From contig DATNMN010000186.1 of assembly GCA_035602295.1 (NCBI GenBank), positions 1 to 48,895 on the forward strand: DNA of 48,895 nt, read 5' to 3'. Numbering within the stretch: position 1 is the stretch's first letter; every line of letters starts with the position of its first letter. The notes below the pieces were generated by a model that was not told the DNA's origin, did not search any database, and saw only the letters and a program-made list of their open reading frames with translations. Shown one piece after another: positions 26,644 to 34,853 of this stretch. Source of the DNA: Candidatus Dormiibacterota bacterium. GTDB lineage: Bacteria > Chloroflexota > Dormibacteria > CF-121. The position numbers and the translations under genes are program-made.

Positions 26644-27135
26644 TCAGGCCCCCGGACCATGACGGATTAGGGTATCCGTCGAACTGTCCCGCCGGAACGA
26701 CAGCAGAGTCCCTGAGCGGAGCGTGCCGCGTAGATATGTTAGGAGAGGCGTCCGAACGAAATGCGATGACTGTCCTTGCAGCCGATCGAGAGCATCTGTG
26801 ACCGGCATGAATGCGGCCTCGAGGATGTCATCGTCTGGGTCGGCGGGCAAAAGGTCCCCAGACCAACGCAATACCTCGAACACGAAGGCGATGGCGCGGG
26901 GTTGAAGCAACTCCGCAGCGTAAGCAATCGGGCCCGCCTCGAGGACATTCAGTCCGGTCTCTTCGTGAATCTCCCGTGTGAGGGTCTCGAACAGAGCCTC
27001 TGCGCTTTCCGCAGCACCGCCCGGCAGGGCCCAGTTGGTGGTCCCATCCTTATCGCGCTGCCTGACCAGGAGGATTTCTCCGTTCCGGCGAACGATCGCA
27101 CAGGCGATCAGCGTCGTGGTCTGGTCTGCGTTCAT
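26644..27135 (-). CDS. NUDIX hydrolase
   Basis: Nudix box GGAAESAEALFETLTREIHEETGL. Confidence 0.85.
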   Translation of the reverse strand: MNADQTTTLIACAIVRRNGEILLVRQRDKDGTTNWALPGGAAESAEALFETLTREIHEETGLNVLEAGPIAYAAELLQPRAIAFVFEVLRWSGDLLPADPDDDILEAAFMPVTDALDRLQGQSSHFVRTPLLTYLRGTLRSGTLLSFRRDSSTDTLIRHGPGA

Positions 27136-27262
27136 CCAGCTGGGTCTGTTCTAAACTGATCGGCTCGATTCCGGCTGCTGGTTTCAAGCACGTCCACGAG
27201 GGGGTTGCGCGACGGATCCACTTCACATACACCCCTGAGCCCCGCCGAAATCGTGAGAGCGC

Positions 27263-27973
27263 CTAGCCGAGCTTGCCGGCGCTGGTGAAGCGGTACCCGA
27301 TCCCCGGCACGGCCAGGATGAAGAACGGGTGTGAGGGGTCCTGCTCGATCTTCCGCCGCAAGTTGCGGATGTGGACGTCGATGACGCGCGTCTCGATCGG
27401 GTACTCGTAGCCCCAGACGTGGTTCAGGATCTTTTCGCGCGACAGGACCTTACCCGCGTTGGAGGCGAGGAAGGCCAGCAGGTCGAACTCGGTGTGGGTC
27501 AGCAGCACTTCGGCCGAGTCGTGGAAAACGCGGCGTTCGTTGAGGTCGATGGCGAGGTCCTTGAACTCGAGCCGCCCCTGGTTGACAGCCTCTTCCTCCT
27601 GGCGAGCCTTGCGCAGGTGGGCGGCGATCCGCGCCAGGAGCTCGCGGGTGCGGAACGGCTTGGTGATGTAGTCGTCGGCGCCGATTTCCAGTCCGACGAC
27701 GACATCGATCTCTTCGGTTTTGGCGCTCAGGATGATGATCGGCACCCGCAGTCCTGCCTTACGGATATCGCGGCAGACATCGAAGCCCGAGACATCGGGC
27801 AGCATGATGTCGAGCAGGATCAGGTCGGGTTTGCTCAGCTCGATCCGACGGAGCGCCTCGCCGCCCGTCTCCGCCTCCACCACCTCATAGCCCTCCTTCT
27901 CCAGGGCGAGATGGATCGCCTTGCGGATCATGGCCTCGTCGTCGACGATCAGGATCTTCTTCGGGGGCGGCAT
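27263..27973 (-). CDS. OmpR/PhoB-family response regulator
   Basis: Receiver domain (ILIVDDE, DLILLDIMLPDVSG, SAKT) plus a winged-helix output (LTHTEFDLLAFLASNAGKVLSRE, VWGYEY, VIDVHIRNLRRKIE, GIGYRF). Confidence 0.93.
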   Translation of the reverse strand: MPPPKKILIVDDEAMIRKAIHLALEKEGYEVVEAETGGEALRRIELSKPDLILLDIMLPDVSGFDVCRDIRKAGLRVPIIILSAKTEEIDVVVGLEIGADDYITKPFRTRELLARIAAHLRKARQEEEAVNQGRLEFKDLAIDLNERRVFHDSAEVLLTHTEFDLLAFLASNAGKVLSREKILNHVWGYEYPIETRVIDVHIRNLRRKIEQDPSHPFFILAVPGIGYRFTSAGKLG

Positions 27974-29085
27974 CAGTGCGCCACGGCGGCCACCCGCGCT
28001 CGGGGCCGGGCGGCCGTTTCCGCGCGCGGCAGCGTGACGATGAAGACCGAACCCTTGCCGTGCCGGCTCCTCACGTGGACCTGGCCGCCCAGCATCGCGA
28101 CGAGACTTCGAACGATGTAGAGGCCGAGCCCGGTGCCGGAGGAGCGCCGGACGGCCGGGTCATCGGCACGGTAGAACTTCTCGAAGAGGCGTGGCATATG
28201 TTCCCTGCGGATTCCAACCCCCTGGTCTGAGACCTCGAATCTCACAGCTGCCTGCTCGCTATGCACGCTGAGGGTGATCTTGGTACCGGGGTCGGAATAT
28301 TTTATGGCATTGGTCAGCAAGTTCACCAGGATCTGGTGCAGCTTGCGCGCCTCCCCCAGCACCGCAGGCAAATGTTCCGGGACGCGGCACGTGAGGGTCC
28401 TTCCCTTGAGCATCGGCCGCACCTCTTCGCAAACGTGCTCAACAACGCCGGACACATCGACCCGCGAGATATCAACCGAGATCCGACCGGAGTCGATCCG
28501 GCTCACCGCGAGGATGTCCCCGATCAAACGCTCCATCCGGTCGGCCTGACCATGCAGGTCCTGTAACAGCTCGCGGCGCTGCGCCTCTGTCAGGTCGAAG
28601 TCGAGCAGCAGCTCACTCAAGCCCTTGAGCGTGGTCAGCGGCGTCTTCAGCTCGTGCGATGCCGCCAGCATCAGCGCGTCGCGGGCCTCGATCGTCTCCA
28701 GCTCGGGCGTCACGTCGTGGATGGCGATCACGGCGCCGTCCGGGGCTTTGCCTTTGAGGCGCAGTGGCGACACGGAGTAGGAGACGCGCACCGGGTCATC
28801 GCTGGTGCGCAACCGGAACAAGTAGGCGAAGTGGGTGTTGATGCGGGTGCCCAGGCGAAGGGCGCGCCGCAGCGCTCCGTTCGGCGCGCACAGGTTGACA
28901 CCCGTCTCGGTACGAACCTCGAGGATGTCGGCCGCCGGCCGGCCCGCCGCGTCTCGTTGCGCCCACCCGGTCAAGTGCTCGGCGACCGAGTTCAAGGAAA
29001 TGACGGCCGCTTCGCGATCGACGATGATCAGGGCCTGGGGGAACTGCGCGAAGGCCTGCTCGGAGAGCGTTCGCTCCCTCGCCAT
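27973..29085 (-). CDS. Soluble PAS-domain sensor histidine kinase
   Basis: No TM segment. N-terminal PAS-like domain, H-box SHELKTPLTTLKG, N box LLTNAIKYS, G boxes DQGVGI and GTGLGLYIV. The stop overlaps the response regulator start by 1 nt. Confidence 0.9.
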   Translation of the reverse strand: MARERTLSEQAFAQFPQALIIVDREAAVISLNSVAEHLTGWAQRDAAGRPAADILEVRTETGVNLCAPNGALRRALRLGTRINTHFAYLFRLRTSDDPVRVSYSVSPLRLKGKAPDGAVIAIHDVTPELETIEARDALMLAASHELKTPLTTLKGLSELLLDFDLTEAQRRELLQDLHGQADRMERLIGDILAVSRIDSGRISVDISRVDVSGVVEHVCEEVRPMLKGRTLTCRVPEHLPAVLGEARKLHQILVNLLTNAIKYSDPGTKITLSVHSEQAAVRFEVSDQGVGIRREHMPRLFEKFYRADDPAVRRSSGTGLGLYIVRSLVAMLGGQVHVRSRHGKGSVFIVTLPRAETAARPRARVAAVAH

Positions 29086-29086
29086 G

Positions 29087-30112
29087 TCACCGCAGTATAG
29101 GACCGCGCACTTTCGCCTTCAATTGCTGCAGGCGCCGCTCCAGTTTCAATGGGCCGGGGCGCAGCACGTGCTCGTAAAGGCCGGCGTAGCGGACCGTCTC
29201 GCCGCCGAAGCCGGTCTTGAACCGATAGAGCCCGAACCACGGGTGGTCCTGGGCCGGCTCTTCCGGGATCCCCCACCAGTCATAGGTATCGCAACCCATC
29301 GCGCGGAAATCGAGCATGGCCTGCCAGTGCAATAGGTAATTGGGCATCAGCTCCCGCTTGCGGTCGCTGGATCCGCCGAACAGGTAGTAGGCGGTTTTGC
29401 CGAAGCGAAAGACCATGACCCCGCCGAGAATGTCGCCCTCGTGGTCGGCGAGATACAGCCGAACCTCGTCCGACGGTCCGAAGATCTCGAGCGCCGCCTG
29501 GTAATAGGCGACCCCGGGGAGGTGAACCCCTTGCCGCTTGCCCGTCTCTAATGCCAGCCGGGCGAAGGTGGTGACGTCGCGGGAGCCCCGCACCTGAACG
29601 CCCTTCTTTTCCGCGAGGTTCAGGTTGTAGCGGGTCTTCGGCTTGAAGCCGGCTTTCAGCGGCTCCGGGTCGAGGTCGATGCGCAGCAGCTGGGTCGCCT
29701 CAGGCTGAACCGCCTTGCCCCTGACGAATCCGCGGCCCTCGAAAAAGGCCGGCCACTCGTCGCCGACACGGTCGTTCGGCTCCACGCGGAGCACCAGCCC
29801 GCCACCGGCGGCGGCTCGACGCTCCAGCGTGTCGAGCACGAGCAACCGCTCCCGCTCGGCGACCGCCGGTCCGCGCGGCACGTAATAGGTCGCCCCGCCG
29901 GGGAAGAGCGCGGCGGTGCGTTGCAGCGAGCACACGCCGGAGCGGCCGTCGTGGAATGCAAGGCGCTCAACGCTCCAACCGAAGCGCGATTGCAGCTCGC
30001 CCCACTTCCAGCTCTGGAGCAGGTTGCCCTCTGGCTGGGCGAGCAGATGCTTGTCCCAGACCTGCGCGCCGAGCTGCTCGCCCGGCGTGACCGCGATACC
30101 TGTCTCAGACAA
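29087..30112 (-). CDS. FemAB-family (FemX-like, aminoacyl-tRNA-dependent) peptidoglycan peptidyltransferase, copy 2
   Basis: LLQSWKWGELQSRFGWSVERL, YYVPRGP, TRYNLNLAEKKGV, YYLFGGSSD...MPNYLLHWQAMLDFRAMGCDTYDWWGIP, GLYRFKTGFGG. The stop lies 1 nt before the kinase ATG. Confidence 0.8.
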   Translation of the reverse strand: MSETGIAVTPGEQLGAQVWDKHLLAQPEGNLLQSWKWGELQSRFGWSVERLAFHDGRSGVCSLQRTAALFPGGATYYVPRGPAVAERERLLVLDTLERRAAAGGGLVLRVEPNDRVGDEWPAFFEGRGFVRGKAVQPEATQLLRIDLDPEPLKAGFKPKTRYNLNLAEKKGVQVRGSRDVTTFARLALETGKRQGVHLPGVAYYQAALEIFGPSDEVRLYLADHEGDILGGVMVFRFGKTAYYLFGGSSDRKRELMPNYLLHWQAMLDFRAMGCDTYDWWGIPEEPAQDHPWFGLYRFKTGFGGETVRYAGLYEHVLRPGPLKLERRLQQLKAKVRGPILR

Positions 30113-31166
30113 ACTCAGGCTGGCCGGCCCGCGCGAATCGCTCCGCCAGGCGGATCGTCAAGGCCGCCGCACGATTGACCGGCAGGTCGTAGAGGCCGAT
30201 GAACCGCACCATCTGCCCATTGAAGCGCGACTTGAAGACGTAGTATCCGTAGCCGCGCTGGCCCGGTTGCGGATCAAGCGGTACGCCCCACATGTCATAG
30301 GTCGTGCAGCCGCGCCGCTGCGCGTCCTCGATGGCCCGCCAGTGCAACAGGTAGCCGGGCTTGAGGTCCTTGGCGGCGGTTTTCGTGCCACCGTACAGGT
30401 AGACCAGCTTGGAGCCGAAGAACAACATGACCGCGCCGGCCACCAATCGCTCCTCGTGGCGGGCGAGGTAGACAGCGACCTGGCCGCGCTCGCGGAACAG
30501 GCTCAGCAGGTCCTGGTAGTAGGCGCGGCTGCGAACGGTGAACTGCTCGCGCGCGGCCGTTTCCTGGAGCAGCTCGTAGAAGCGGTCCAACGCAGCCGAC
30601 GCCTCCGAGGCCTCGACCGTGATCCCCTGCTTGATCCCGGTCCGGATGTTGCGGCGCGTCGACTCCTTGAGCCGCGCCATCGCCTCATCGCCTCCGCTGA
30701 TGTCGACCAGCCAGGTCGCCTGGTGCTGGATGGGGTGCCGGCTTGGCAGCGCGCCTGTCGCCACGAGCACCGCCCGCTGCGCATCGGTGGTCCACTCCGG
30801 GTCGATTTTGAGGACCGTGCCGCCTCCCTGGGCGAGGCGTTCGCGGAGCGCCTGCCAGAAGGCCGGCCATTGGTCGAGGTGGCCATCCAGGATGGGCCCG
30901 CGCGGCGCATAGTTCAGGGCTAGTCCACCGGGGAGGCTCCGCCGAAGTACCGCGGCGGCCGCCACCGGCTTGCCGTGGTCGGCCCAGAAGTAACGCTGAA
31001 CGCTCCACCCGTAGCGCGACTTGAGGCTGCCCCAGGCCCAGGCTTGCAGCACGGAGGCGTCTGCTGCCTGCGAGACGAACCCGTCCCAGGCGGACGCGTC
31101 CTCGCAGATCCTCAATTCGGGCATGCCTCCACAGCTTAGTCGCCGGCTCCCCGAGGGGCCCGCCAC
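30105..31166 (-). CDS. FemAB-family peptidoglycan peptidyltransferase, copy 1
   Basis: VLQAWAWGSLKSRYGWSVQRY, NYAPRGP, TRRNIRTGIKQGI, VYLYGGTKT...PGYLLHWRAIEDAQRRGCTTYDMWGVP, YYVFKSRFNG. It overlaps copy 2 by 8 nt. The ATG at 31124 (MPELRI...) is an alternative start. Confidence 0.8.
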   Translation of the reverse strand: MAGPSGSRRLSCGGMPELRICEDASAWDGFVSQAADASVLQAWAWGSLKSRYGWSVQRYFWADHGKPVAAAAVLRRSLPGGLALNYAPRGPILDGHLDQWPAFWQALRERLAQGGGTVLKIDPEWTTDAQRAVLVATGALPSRHPIQHQATWLVDISGGDEAMARLKESTRRNIRTGIKQGITVEASEASAALDRFYELLQETAAREQFTVRSRAYYQDLLSLFRERGQVAVYLARHEERLVAGAVMLFFGSKLVYLYGGTKTAAKDLKPGYLLHWRAIEDAQRRGCTTYDMWGVPLDPQPGQRGYGYYVFKSRFNGQMVRFIGLYDLPVNRAAALTIRLAERFARAGQPEFV

Positions 31167-31247
31167 CCCGCGTTGCTGACAGTTGGGGTATCGTATTTGG
31201 GCTGTGCTAGGATTGGAAACAAATCTCGGGGCGGTGGGAGGCTTTTG

Positions 31248-32747
31248 GTGAGTTCCATCGAGCAGGCGCCGAGACTGGTGGACTACAAGGGATCGTTAGA
31301 CTCGACCCCCCTGTTATCTCTCCTGCAGTCCATGCAAGCCCAGCGCGCCACAGGGACGCTTCAGGTTCGGAACGGCGGCGAGGCGTTCTCGCTGTTTTTT
31401 CTCTTCGGCCACCTCTTTCATGCCTATGGCAACGGGAGCCAGGGCGAAGAGGCGGTCTTCGAACCGCTGGCCTGGCGGCAAGGGGACTACACCTTTGATC
31501 CGAAGTCCAAGCTCCCGACCGAGGAGACCATTACCGCGCCAACCGCCGACATCCTCGCCGAAGCCAAGCGCCGAGGTGTGCCTGGGGCGTCGGACAACGG
31601 TGCCGTGGCCGCGGCCCGTCCGGCTGCAGCTACTGCTCCCGCTGCCGCTCCGGCCGCGCCGCCGGCAAGCCAGGTCAGTGAGCGGCCGGTCGTGAGCCAG
31701 CAGTCGCCGGCCGCGCAAGCTCAACCCGCGCCCGACGATGGACCACCAGCCACCGAGCTCTACCCGCTCCCCGTCGGCAAACTCGTCTACGAGTCGCTGA
31801 AGACGGCCTTTGTCGATTTCCCCAAACTGCTGCGCTCGCTGAGTTCTGATCACCTGACCGGCTATCTTCGGCTGACAGGGGCAGCCTCTCGCGGCATGAT
31901 CCTCTTCTACCAGGGCAGCCTGATCGAAAGCTTCTACGACGGTGGCGCGGTGGTTTCCACCGGCCGGACCGCCTTCTCCCTCTTCAAGAACGACGTCGAC
32001 CGCGGCGAAGGCAGCATGGACGTGATCGAGCTGTCGGCCGAGGTCGTGACCGCCATCTACCAACTTCTCACGGCGCCGACCATCCTCCAGGGTCTGCTGG
32101 CGCGCTTCGTCGACGTGCGGGCGCTGCTCCAGTACTTGCAGGAAGAGAAAATTCACGGAAGCCTGCTGGTTCGGGCGCCCGACGAGATGGGAATCGTCCT
32201 ACTGCGTGACGGCGCGCTGCTGGGAGCCTTCACCCGCGGGCAGCCGCAGCTGGTGCAGGATCCCGAAATCGTGACGCGCCTCTGTGCGGATCCCAAGACC
32301 CGGATCGAGGTCAAGGCCGTGGCCGACCTCGAGGAGCCGGAATCGGTGAGCCTGGAAGAGATGTTGGCGATGACGCCGTCGGTCCCGGCGACCACCTACC
32401 GACCTCCTGCGTCCCAACCGGCCGCCGCCTCCGCGCCGGCAGCCCCTGCCGCCCAGCGTGCGCAGAACTACCAGCCGGCGCCTACGCCGGCACCCGCCCA
32501 ACCCGCAAGCGACGAGTCCAACATCGATTGGCCCGCACTGATGAGCCAGCTGAACCAGATGGCGGACGCCGCGCTCGCGAACCGCTCGAAGAAGGTCAAG
32601 GAGATGCTCGCGTCAACCGAACACAGCGCCGACGGCCTGGACCGGACCATCGACCGGATCTCGCAGACCTCGATCATGTTCGTCGATCCGGCCCGCCTGA
32701 CCAACCTGGCAAACGAGATGCGCCAGCTGGTCGAGGAACAGCGCTAG
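31248..32747 (+). CDS. Hypothetical protein with three DUF4388-like modules separated by Pro/Ala-rich linkers
   Basis: GTG 31248 is preceded by GGGAGG (31236-31241), whereas the track ORF starts at 31173. The modules are ATGTLQVRNGGEAFSLFFLFGHLFHAY, LTGYLRLTGAASRGMILFYQGSLIESFY and IHGSLLVRAPDEMGIVLLRDGALLGAFT. Two low-complexity P/A tracts are present. Confidence 0.65.
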   Translation: MSSIEQAPRLVDYKGSLDSTPLLSLLQSMQAQRATGTLQVRNGGEAFSLFFLFGHLFHAYGNGSQGEEAVFEPLAWRQGDYTFDPKSKLPTEETITAPTADILAEAKRRGVPGASDNGAVAAARPAAATAPAAAPAAPPASQVSERPVVSQQSPAAQAQPAPDDGPPATELYPLPVGKLVYESLKTAFVDFPKLLRSLSSDHLTGYLRLTGAASRGMILFYQGSLIESFYDGGAVVSTGRTAFSLFKNDVDRGEGSMDVIELSAEVVTAIYQLLTAPTILQGLLARFVDVRALLQYLQEEKIHGSLLVRAPDEMGIVLLRDGALLGAFTRGQPQLVQDPEIVTRLCADPKTRIEVKAVADLEEPESVSLEEMLAMTPSVPATTYRPPASQPAAASAPAAPAAQRAQNYQPAPTPAPAQPASDESNIDWPALMSQLNQMADAALANRSKKVKEMLASTEHSADGLDRTIDRISQTSIMFVDPARLTNLANEMRQLVEEQR

Positions 32748-32779
32748 CCGCGTCCACCCTCGTTCGGCGACTCCTCCTC

Positions 32780-34447
32780 ATGGCCGTCCTGGCACCGGCG
32801 CTGGCCTCCTGCGCCCTGAACCCCCCGCGCATCGTCAGCATTTCGCCCGGCCGCGAGGTCACCGACGTGCCATCGAATCAGACGGTCAGCATCGGCTTCG
32901 ACCGGCCGATGAACCACGACTCCGTGGAGAAGCGGTTCGACCTCGCGCCGGCGCTTCCCGGCTGCAGCGGATCCAAGAATTGTCGCTTTGCCTGGACCGG
33001 CAACACGCTGATGTTCATCCACAGCCACGTCAACTTCGCCCTCTCCACCCAATACACGGTGTCGATGCGCCCCGGGTACGCGGACGCGAGCGGCCAGCAG
33101 AACACGCTCGACCATTCGTGGCGTTTCAAAACCGAGGGACCGCCGGTGCTGACCTCGGTCGACCCCTCCGACAACGCGTCAGCCATCGCTCCGGATCGCA
33201 ACATCGTCCTCACCTTCAGCCGGCCCATGCGAGCCGACTCGATGCGGGCCGCCATCCAACTGAACCCTGACGTCCCCTTCTTGCTGCGATCGAAGCCCGG
33301 GGGCGACGGCTCGCAGTTCGAAATCGTGCCGACCGCCCTGCTCCAGCCGAACCAGAGCTACACGGTGACAGTCGATCGACCGGTCGATGTTCACGACAAC
33401 GCGATCAACGGGCGGGTACAGACCCGCTTTCGAACCGGACCGCTGTCGATCTCCCGGAAGATCGGGTACCTGGTCGGCCAGCGAGGGCAACCCGCCTTCG
33501 CGGTGGGCATCGTCGACCCTCACCCCGACACGTTCCTGGGCCGCTCGACGCCCAAGATGATCTACCAGCTGAGCGCCCAAAGCCAGCTCCAGGACGCCCT
33601 CCTCTCCTTCGATTGGTCGCCCGATGGACAGCGCCTCGTCGTAGTCGCGGCGCCCCGCGGCGCCGACCACGGCCCAATCCAGATCGTGGACCTCGCCTCC
33701 GGGACGGTAATCCGTCCGGGAATCAGCGGTTCGGCGGTCTACTGGTCAGCGGACGGGGCCATCATCTACCTCACCAATGGGAGCCTGCGACGCTTCCATC
33801 CGACGACCCTCGAGGACGTGGCCCTGACCGATGCCGTGGACGGCCGCGTCATTGGTCCGGTCGCGCTCAGCCCGGATGCCAAATCCGTCGCCTACAGCAC
33901 GATGGACGCGCAGGGAAGCGCCCACCTGTGGATCATGAACCTGGACCTGCGGACTCGCTACCGGCCGATCGGCCTGGACGACCCGGCCGACCAGCCCGCT
34001 TGGTCACCGAACGGGACCAAGCTCGCCTTTCGGCGGCTTACCGCGTCGGGCCCCGCGCTCTGGATCTACGACCTGTCAGCCAGCGGCAGCAGCGCCTACC
34101 GGCGCGGCGGCGCCCTCGACATCACAGGTGCTGCGTGGCTGAACGACAACAGCACGCTCATTGCCGCCACCGGCGGCGGGAGCTCAGCGGTCCTCTACCG
34201 GGTCAATATCTTCTCCGCCAGTGAGGCCGGCGGCGTGGTCAAGGTCACCGGTGGCAAAGACGCGCCCAACGGATCGGCACCGAACGCGCCGGCCTACGAC
34301 CGCCGCGTCGGTTTCGTGGGCCTGGTGGACCAGCTGCCCCAGATTTACGTCATGAACGGCGATGGCTCTCGGCCGCAGCAGCTGACTGTCTGGGAGGCGG
34401 ACTATCCCTATACCGGCCAGGCGCCCAACTGGACACCGACCGGCTAA
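32780..34447 (+). CDS. Lipoprotein with 2x SbsA/Big_5-like Ig domains and a TolB/PD40-like beta-propeller
   Basis: Lipobox LAPALAS-C. The Ig-like repeats include SISPGREVTDVPSNQTVSIGFDRPM... and SVDPSDNASAIAPDRNIVLTFSRPM... PD40-like repeats include WSPDGQRLVV, LSPDAKSVAYS and WSPNGTKLAF. The start is uncertain. ATG 32780 gives a signal peptide with no charged N-region, and the track's TTG 32528 would overlap the upstream gene by 220 nt. Confidence 0.75.
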   Translation: MAVLAPALASCALNPPRIVSISPGREVTDVPSNQTVSIGFDRPMNHDSVEKRFDLAPALPGCSGSKNCRFAWTGNTLMFIHSHVNFALSTQYTVSMRPGYADASGQQNTLDHSWRFKTEGPPVLTSVDPSDNASAIAPDRNIVLTFSRPMRADSMRAAIQLNPDVPFLLRSKPGGDGSQFEIVPTALLQPNQSYTVTVDRPVDVHDNAINGRVQTRFRTGPLSISRKIGYLVGQRGQPAFAVGIVDPHPDTFLGRSTPKMIYQLSAQSQLQDALLSFDWSPDGQRLVVVAAPRGADHGPIQIVDLASGTVIRPGISGSAVYWSADGAIIYLTNGSLRRFHPTTLEDVALTDAVDGRVIGPVALSPDAKSVAYSTMDAQGSAHLWIMNLDLRTRYRPIGLDDPADQPAWSPNGTKLAFRRLTASGPALWIYDLSASGSSAYRRGGALDITGAAWLNDNSTLIAATGGGSSAVLYRVNIFSASEAGGVVKVTGGKDAPNGSAPNAPAYDRRVGFVGLVDQLPQIYVMNGDGSRPQQLTVWEADYPYTGQAPNWTPTG

Positions 34448-34833
34448 CGCCAGGTCCGGCGCAGCCCGCCCGCGGCGCCCATGATGGCTCCGCCGATCGC
34501 TCCAAGCGCCAGGCCGACCGCGATATTGAGAACCGACTTACCGAACAGGGCGTAGGCGACACCGCCGACGGCACCGCTGATCCCGCCGGCGACCGCGCCC
34601 GCGGCGGACGCGGCCGTCAGGCGTCCAGTCTGCGTTCGCACCCGATACCCGATCAACCCGTAGCCCAGCACGGGCGCGAGGATCGCGATCGTAACCAGCG
34701 GCACCTCCGGGATCCAGGAGAGCGATGGCGTGAGGCCGAGGACGGCAAGAATGACGACGACGACGCCAACTGTGAGCCCTCCCCATATCCCTTCCCGGAG
34801 CCAGGCTGGACGACTCTGCCGAGGGTCCCGCAT
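34444..34833 (-). CDS. Small glycine-zipper membrane protein (129 aa)
   Basis: Only the 3' third of track ORF 34444..35613 looks coding. It reads MRDPRQSRPAWLREG, then 3-4 hydrophobic Gly/Ala-rich helices (GAVAGGISGAVGGVAYALFG, GLALGAIGGAIMGAAGG). It starts 20 nt after the MFS stop. Confidence 0.55.
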   Translation of the reverse strand: MRDPRQSRPAWLREGIWGGLTVGVVVVILAVLGLTPSLSWIPEVPLVTIAILAPVLGYGLIGYRVRTQTGRLTAASAAGAVAGGISGAVGGVAYALFGKSVLNIAVGLALGAIGGAIMGAAGGLRRTWR

Positions 34834-34853
34834 CGCCCGCGATTCTAGGCGGC

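Noticed and set aside
27136-27262. tRNA-like T-loop string (GGCTCGATTCCGG) in the NUDIX/response-regulator spacer
   Set aside because: The flanking bases do not form a T-stem, acceptor stem or anticodon arm on either strand. It is not a tRNA.
32528-32779. TTG-initiated 5' extension of the Ig-like/TolB-like lipoprotein
   Set aside because: It would overlap the upstream gene by 220 nt and encodes an Arg/Pro/Asp-rich segment. It is kept as an open question only, because the optimal signal peptide starts a few codons upstream of ATG 32780 with no canonical start.
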